DNA from: Methanobacteriota archaeon
GTDB taxonomy: Archaea; Thermoplasmatota; E2; DHVEG-1
NCBI GenBank assembly: GCA_963769885.1
Contig: CAVYNH010000007.1
Location: forward strand, 224,001 to 288,000
DNA length: 64,000 nucleotides
Direction of reading: 5' to 3'
The position numbers and the translations under genes are program-made. The notes under the pieces were generated by a model. The model ran no database searches. It saw nothing but the letters and a program-made list of their open reading frames with translations, and was not told where the DNA came from. Each line of letters starts with the position of its first letter. Within the stretch, counting starts at the first letter, position 1. Below are positions 59,750 through 64,000 of this stretch, piece by piece.

Positions 59750-61555
59750 CTATTTTTGGATCACGATGCCTGCCGGGTCAATCTCCCGTAAGAGCCGCTG
59801 CTCTTTCTCGGTCGGCGCCGCCGTCTGAGCGACCTTTTTGGAAATCAAGAGCGGGAAGCCGCTGTTCTGCCGTACCATCTCTAGTGTGACGCCTGGATGC
59901 AACGACAGCAATGTCATCCGCTTCGACGCTGCATCGAACCCATAGACGCCCAGCTGGGTGATCACTCGATACGGACCGCCATTCTTGGGCAGGCCCTCTC
60001 GCTCCCGCGCCCCCGCACCATCAAGATATCCCGGCGTCGTCAGGAAATCGATTCGAGGGAGGAACCTCTCCTTGTCCTGCCGCATGATGATAATCGTCCT
60101 GTGGCAAAGGCTCCCCACGTCGTTCGCGCCGCCGCTCCCAGGCAGCCGGACCTTCGGATGCTCATATGGGCCGATTACCGTTGTGTTGATGTTCCCATAC
60201 ATGTCAATCTGCGCCGCACCTAGGAACCCGTAGTCGAGGTACCCGGCCTGGCTCATGGACATGGTATCATGCATGCTCGAGGCCGCGACTGCATGGTAGA
60301 ACGTCCGCGAATCCCCCACCGAGATCGGCAGCACCGGCATCTGCGGCCCGATCCCCCCCGCCTCGAATACCAGCAGGAGGTTCGGCGCATGCGTCCGCTG
60401 CGCCAGCATCGCTGCAATCATCGGCAGTCCCGTCCCCACGAACACAGACCGGCCATCCTCCAAAGCATGCGAGGCCGCCGACGCCAACAACTCCGTCGAG
60501 GAATACCCACTCTTCGGCGTTCCCTCTCCTTTCTTGATCCACGGTGCCGTCATCGATTCCTCGAAATGCTCGATTCTCCGCAGCCGCTGCAGCGTCCGCG
60601 ACCCACCAATACGCTTGAGATACTCAGCGTGATCATCGCAGCCATACACGTACTTCGCCAGGTACGCCTCCACGCCCTCATCCGACCGCGACGACGACAG
60701 CCACTCCCCGATATGCGCTTCATCGAAGAAATACAAATACGGCATCTGACACGGATGTGAGCCATACGGCACCTGCACCACGGCATCCACCAGATAGAAC
60801 GGGATCACCGTCTTCCACGGTTCCGCACGAATCCTTGAAGAGGCAATGATCTTCTCAGTGGAAATAACCACTCGCCGGGACGCACGCGCCAACTCAAAAT
60901 CCTCAACCATGATCCCATCAATCTGCGCATTCCCATACTTATCAGCCCGCGGGACATGGATCACCGCTACATCCGGGATGCACGCCGGTAACAGACAGAT
61001 CGGCTTCCCACTGAACGGATCCTCAATGACCTTCGCAGAACTTCGATTGAACGTATCGGTCCCCAGCATCACTCGCGTCGGGATGAACGGCAGCCCCATC
61101 ATACCAGCCAGGAACCGCCACTGATACCCCGCGTTGCTGATCTCCCCGATGACCTTGCAACAACCCTGCTCGACTGCGCGCCGTGACGCCGGCGACAGCC
61201 CGCGCAGCTCATGCCCAAACGCATACGCGACCTCAACAGCATCAACGCATCCAGCCCCAACGAGCACATCCAGGTCATGGACCGCAGTCTTCCCCGCCAT
61301 CGTCAGATGCCGCTTGTGCTGCCGCACCATCTCGTAGACGGCAGCCATCGAGACACGCACGTGCCCGAACCCGCCCATCGCAAGAAACGAACCATCAGCC
61401 ACAAGAGAACGGATCGCCTCTGACATCGGCATCCGCTTATCCACAAGACTCCGCGTCTTGTTCGCAACGATCCACGCCCGGTTCTCATCCGGATCATGCC
61501 AACCGACAAGCTTCCCCGTCCCAGCCTGAACCACAGATGGCACCTGACCACTCAT
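59750..61555 (-). CDS. Family I CoA-transferase, fused alpha+beta (glutaconate CoA-transferase-like)
   Basis: Alpha part DVAVIH..RAD.YGN; beta part VFVGTGLP, LVFEAG (catalytic Glu), AQID.YGNIN, RLPGSGGAND. Confidence 0.92.
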   Translation of the reverse strand: MSGQVPSVVQAGTGKLVGWHDPDENRAWIVANKTRSLVDKRMPMSEAIRSLVADGSFLAMGGFGHVRVSMAAVYEMVRQHKRHLTMAGKTAVHDLDVLVGAGCVDAVEVAYAFGHELRGLSPASRRAVEQGCCKVIGEISNAGYQWRFLAGMMGLPFIPTRVMLGTDTFNRSSAKVIEDPFSGKPICLLPACIPDVAVIHVPRADKYGNAQIDGIMVEDFELARASRRVVISTEKIIASSRIRAEPWKTVIPFYLVDAVVQVPYGSHPCQMPYLYFFDEAHIGEWLSSSRSDEGVEAYLAKYVYGCDDHAEYLKRIGGSRTLQRLRRIEHFEESMTAPWIKKGEGTPKSGYSSTELLASAASHALEDGRSVFVGTGLPMIAAMLAQRTHAPNLLLVFEAGGIGPQMPVLPISVGDSRTFYHAVAASSMHDTMSMSQAGYLDYGFLGAAQIDMYGNINTTVIGPYEHPKVRLPGSGGANDVGSLCHRTIIIMRQDKERFLPRIDFLTTPGYLDGAGAREREGLPKNGGPYRVITQLGVYGFDAASKRMTLLSLHPGVTLEMVRQNSGFPLLISKKVAQTAAPTEKEQRLLREIDPAGIVIQK

Positions 61556-61727
61556 ACCCTGCTCACCAAGCATTAAAACTTTCCCATTCACCAGAAACAC
61601 CACAATCCTAATAAAAACTATTGTCTAAGAACACTCCAGGGAGTCATCAACATCACTACCTCGAGGGAAGACGATTTAATACCATAAAAAAACAGAAAAA
61701 AGAAAGAGACCAGGCTTGCCGCCTAAT

Positions 61728-64000
61728 CTACCAACCGTCGACGGTGAACTCCCAGGAGGCCATCATCAAGCGGCCATCGTCGCACCTCAAAATGTTACCA
61801 TCGGAGTCCTGGAGCGTAACGACGAGCCGATGCGGCACATTCTCAGGATGCAACTCATTGGCGCGAAGTTCCTGGGCATTGAAGATCTCATCCAGCGGAA
61901 GGACCCCGCCAACCCCTATCTGCCGAAGCTGGGTCTCATTCACCACGGTCACATCCGGCAGCCATTCCTGATAGCCTTCGTCAAAGTACTGGGCCTCGAT
62001 GTAGACGAACCCGGTGATGTTCGTCGTCCCGGTGTTCACGATCTTCGACTCCCGCCCGGTATAGAACTTGTAGATGGGGCTCCAGGTCGTCCCCGAGGTG
62101 CTCTCCGCCTTCACCTTCCAGTACCACCACTGCCCATTCCACAGGGCACCAGTGTACCGTTGTCGATACGTGCCGTTGCCGACGCTTGCGTTCTCCCCGA
62201 AATAGTTCCACCCCGTGCTGTTCGAGTAGTCACACATACACAATAAGCTGGGTGCAGCGTGACTCACCCTCGGTGCCGATGAACGCGATCCCCGCCTGCA
62301 ACGCGTCGATGTCGGACCACGTCCAGGGTTGATTCGAGGGGTTCGTTGATCGGGTGAATGAGAAGTTCGCGTAGACAGACGGGGTGAAGACAGGGCTCAG
62401 AACGCGGTTGTTGCCGACCTTGAGAATGATTTTCGCCTCGCTGGGAACCGGTGGAAATAGGAATTCGCTGGTGCGTTCGCAGCGCGCCACGACGCAGACC
62501 TGACTGATCACGCCCGACTCATCCGTGTGGTCCGTGAGCAAGTAGGTGTCGTTTGCCCAGGTCGTATCCTGCCGGCACACATAATCCTCATCTTCATTTG
62601 CTATGGTCTCATCCACGCACTCATAGTTCGCTTTGCCGGTGTTCCTCCCCAGACCGGTCGTGCTTCCGTTCCCATCGGGATACAGGATCAGGGTCGAGGG
62701 CGTCGAGTTGGTGTACCAGGTGAGGTTCATCATGCCGCCCGCAGGGTCAGCAACAGTGACGTTCACCCAGGGCGTCAGGCTGATTCCGATGCTGCCGTAG
62801 GCTGGCTCGGGGGAGGTGATGCTGGGCGCGGTGCCGTAGGTTACGCGGAGTTCCACCATTGAGCAGAACACAAATTCATTCTCCTGGTCCACATGGGCTT
62901 CGACCTCGCAGGATAACGACTTGACCTGCTCCCAGGTCCAATGTTCCTCTGATGTGAGGTTGTTGGTGACTTCTACCCAGGGCGTCCACTCCGGCACATC
63001 GGACACATTAAAGGTATGGTTCTCGCCTTTTTCTTGGATATACGGCCACAGGGTGATTGAACCGTTTTTTCCTTCCCGATAGCAGCAGGCCCGGATCTCG
63101 ACTTTCTGGATGCTACCGAGGTCGGTGCCATTGCAGGTGGTGCCGTTCAGGAGCTGGGTTTCACCGTCGAGTTTTGTGTAAGCGAACGTCTCGTTGGTTT
63201 CGTCAACCATGTTTTCTGGGTCGGCGTCCCAGGCTTGTTTAGGATCATAGCTGTTGAAGTAGTACGTGGTTTGGAGGGCGTCGTACCAGTGGAGCTGGGT
63301 CTGCTTCTGTTGGCCGGGAGCCAGTGTCCCGATGCGGATGAAGAGGGAGACGGGGGCGTTCGTTTGGCCTTGGCGAGATTTGACTTGGAGGAGGTAGGTG
63401 AGGCTGGGGTTCCAGTGGAGGTACAGGGTCGAGATGGAGTTGTCGGTGTGGTTCTCCTTGAGGAAGACCGTGGTATCAGTCAGGGTGGTGTAGGTGCGGT
63501 TGAGGGATTGGTTAAGCAGGTACGTCGTGCCGTCGATGCTGACCGTGTCGTTTTCGGTGGTGTCGTCGATGTGGATGTCGTTGATCTCCCAGCCAAAGCC
63601 AAGGGTGTAGGGGATACTGGTGGTGCCGAGGTTCTTGATGGAGGGGATGACGATGAGGTTGGTGTCGTACGTGCCGAGGTGGTAGGTGAGGGTGAGGCGG
63701 ATGGGGTAGCCTTGGTAGGTGAGGTCTTTGGTGTAGGTGATGTTGATGGAGGTGGTGTTGTCGGTGTCTATGGTTTGGGTGAAGCCGGTGAGTTCGTCGG
63801 TGCGGAAGAGGATGTGCCAGCCGGTTTGGGTGTGGTAGCCGAGCATGAGGACGTTGTGGGACCAGTAGTGGTTGTGGTGGTTGGTGAGTTGGACGCCGGT
63901 GGTGTTGTCGAGGTAGTAGCTGTCGTGTTGGTTCCAGAAGTGCAGGATGGTGCCGTTGTCGAGGTGTTCGACGCCGAGGCTGGGCGGGGTGGGTTGTGGG
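61728..64000 (-). CDS. Large secreted/surface protein (5' end beyond window), frameshift at about 62235
   Basis: Open frame from the window end; Thr/Asn-rich beta domains with many N-x-S/T sites; RCTQL.VYV joins DYSNSTGW in the adjacent frame. Confidence 0.7.

Noticed and set aside
1-64000. CRISPR array, rRNA, tRNA, provirus, integrase, defence system
   Set aside because: No regularly spaced repeats, rRNA/tRNA signatures, or viral, integrase or defence genes were recognised by eye. tRNAscan-SE and cmscan would be needed to exclude them fully.

Overview
This is an archaeal chromosomal segment. Marker genes include rpl18e-rpl13-rps9-rpoN, radA, archaeal dnaG, aIF-1A/RIO1/KH, RPA and a GPN GTPase. 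The many secreted clan-CD peptidases (C25 gingipain-like, C13-like), PKD/BNR surface proteins, an OPT peptide transporter, fhs and acyl-CoA enzymes suggest a peptide-fermenting Thermoplasmatota, probably DHVEG-1/MBG-D (inference). About 65 CDS and one IS200-type element are supported. I found no rRNA, tRNA or CRISPR array. Five genes carry single-base frameshifts that look like long-read errors. The most interesting observations are: (1) an MCM-like AAA+ motor whose normal N-terminal tier is replaced by a RadA-type HhH domain; (2) an unassigned ~205-nt structured RNA with its own TATA box and T-tract; (3) a splicease-like radical SAM/SPASM enzyme behind two small ORFs and a hairpin; (4) modular C-terminal tails and a G-R/K-G junction shared among secreted proteins, a possible lineage-specific sorting and maturation system; (5) kb-scale alternating C/A versus G/T strand skew that is independent of gene direction; (6) a KaiC-like operon, TFE-like wHTH paralogues, a Cys-less thiolase-DUF35 pair and a gingipain with a ~330-aa insertion inside its catalytic domain. 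All family calls come from recognising motifs by eye; no database search was run.
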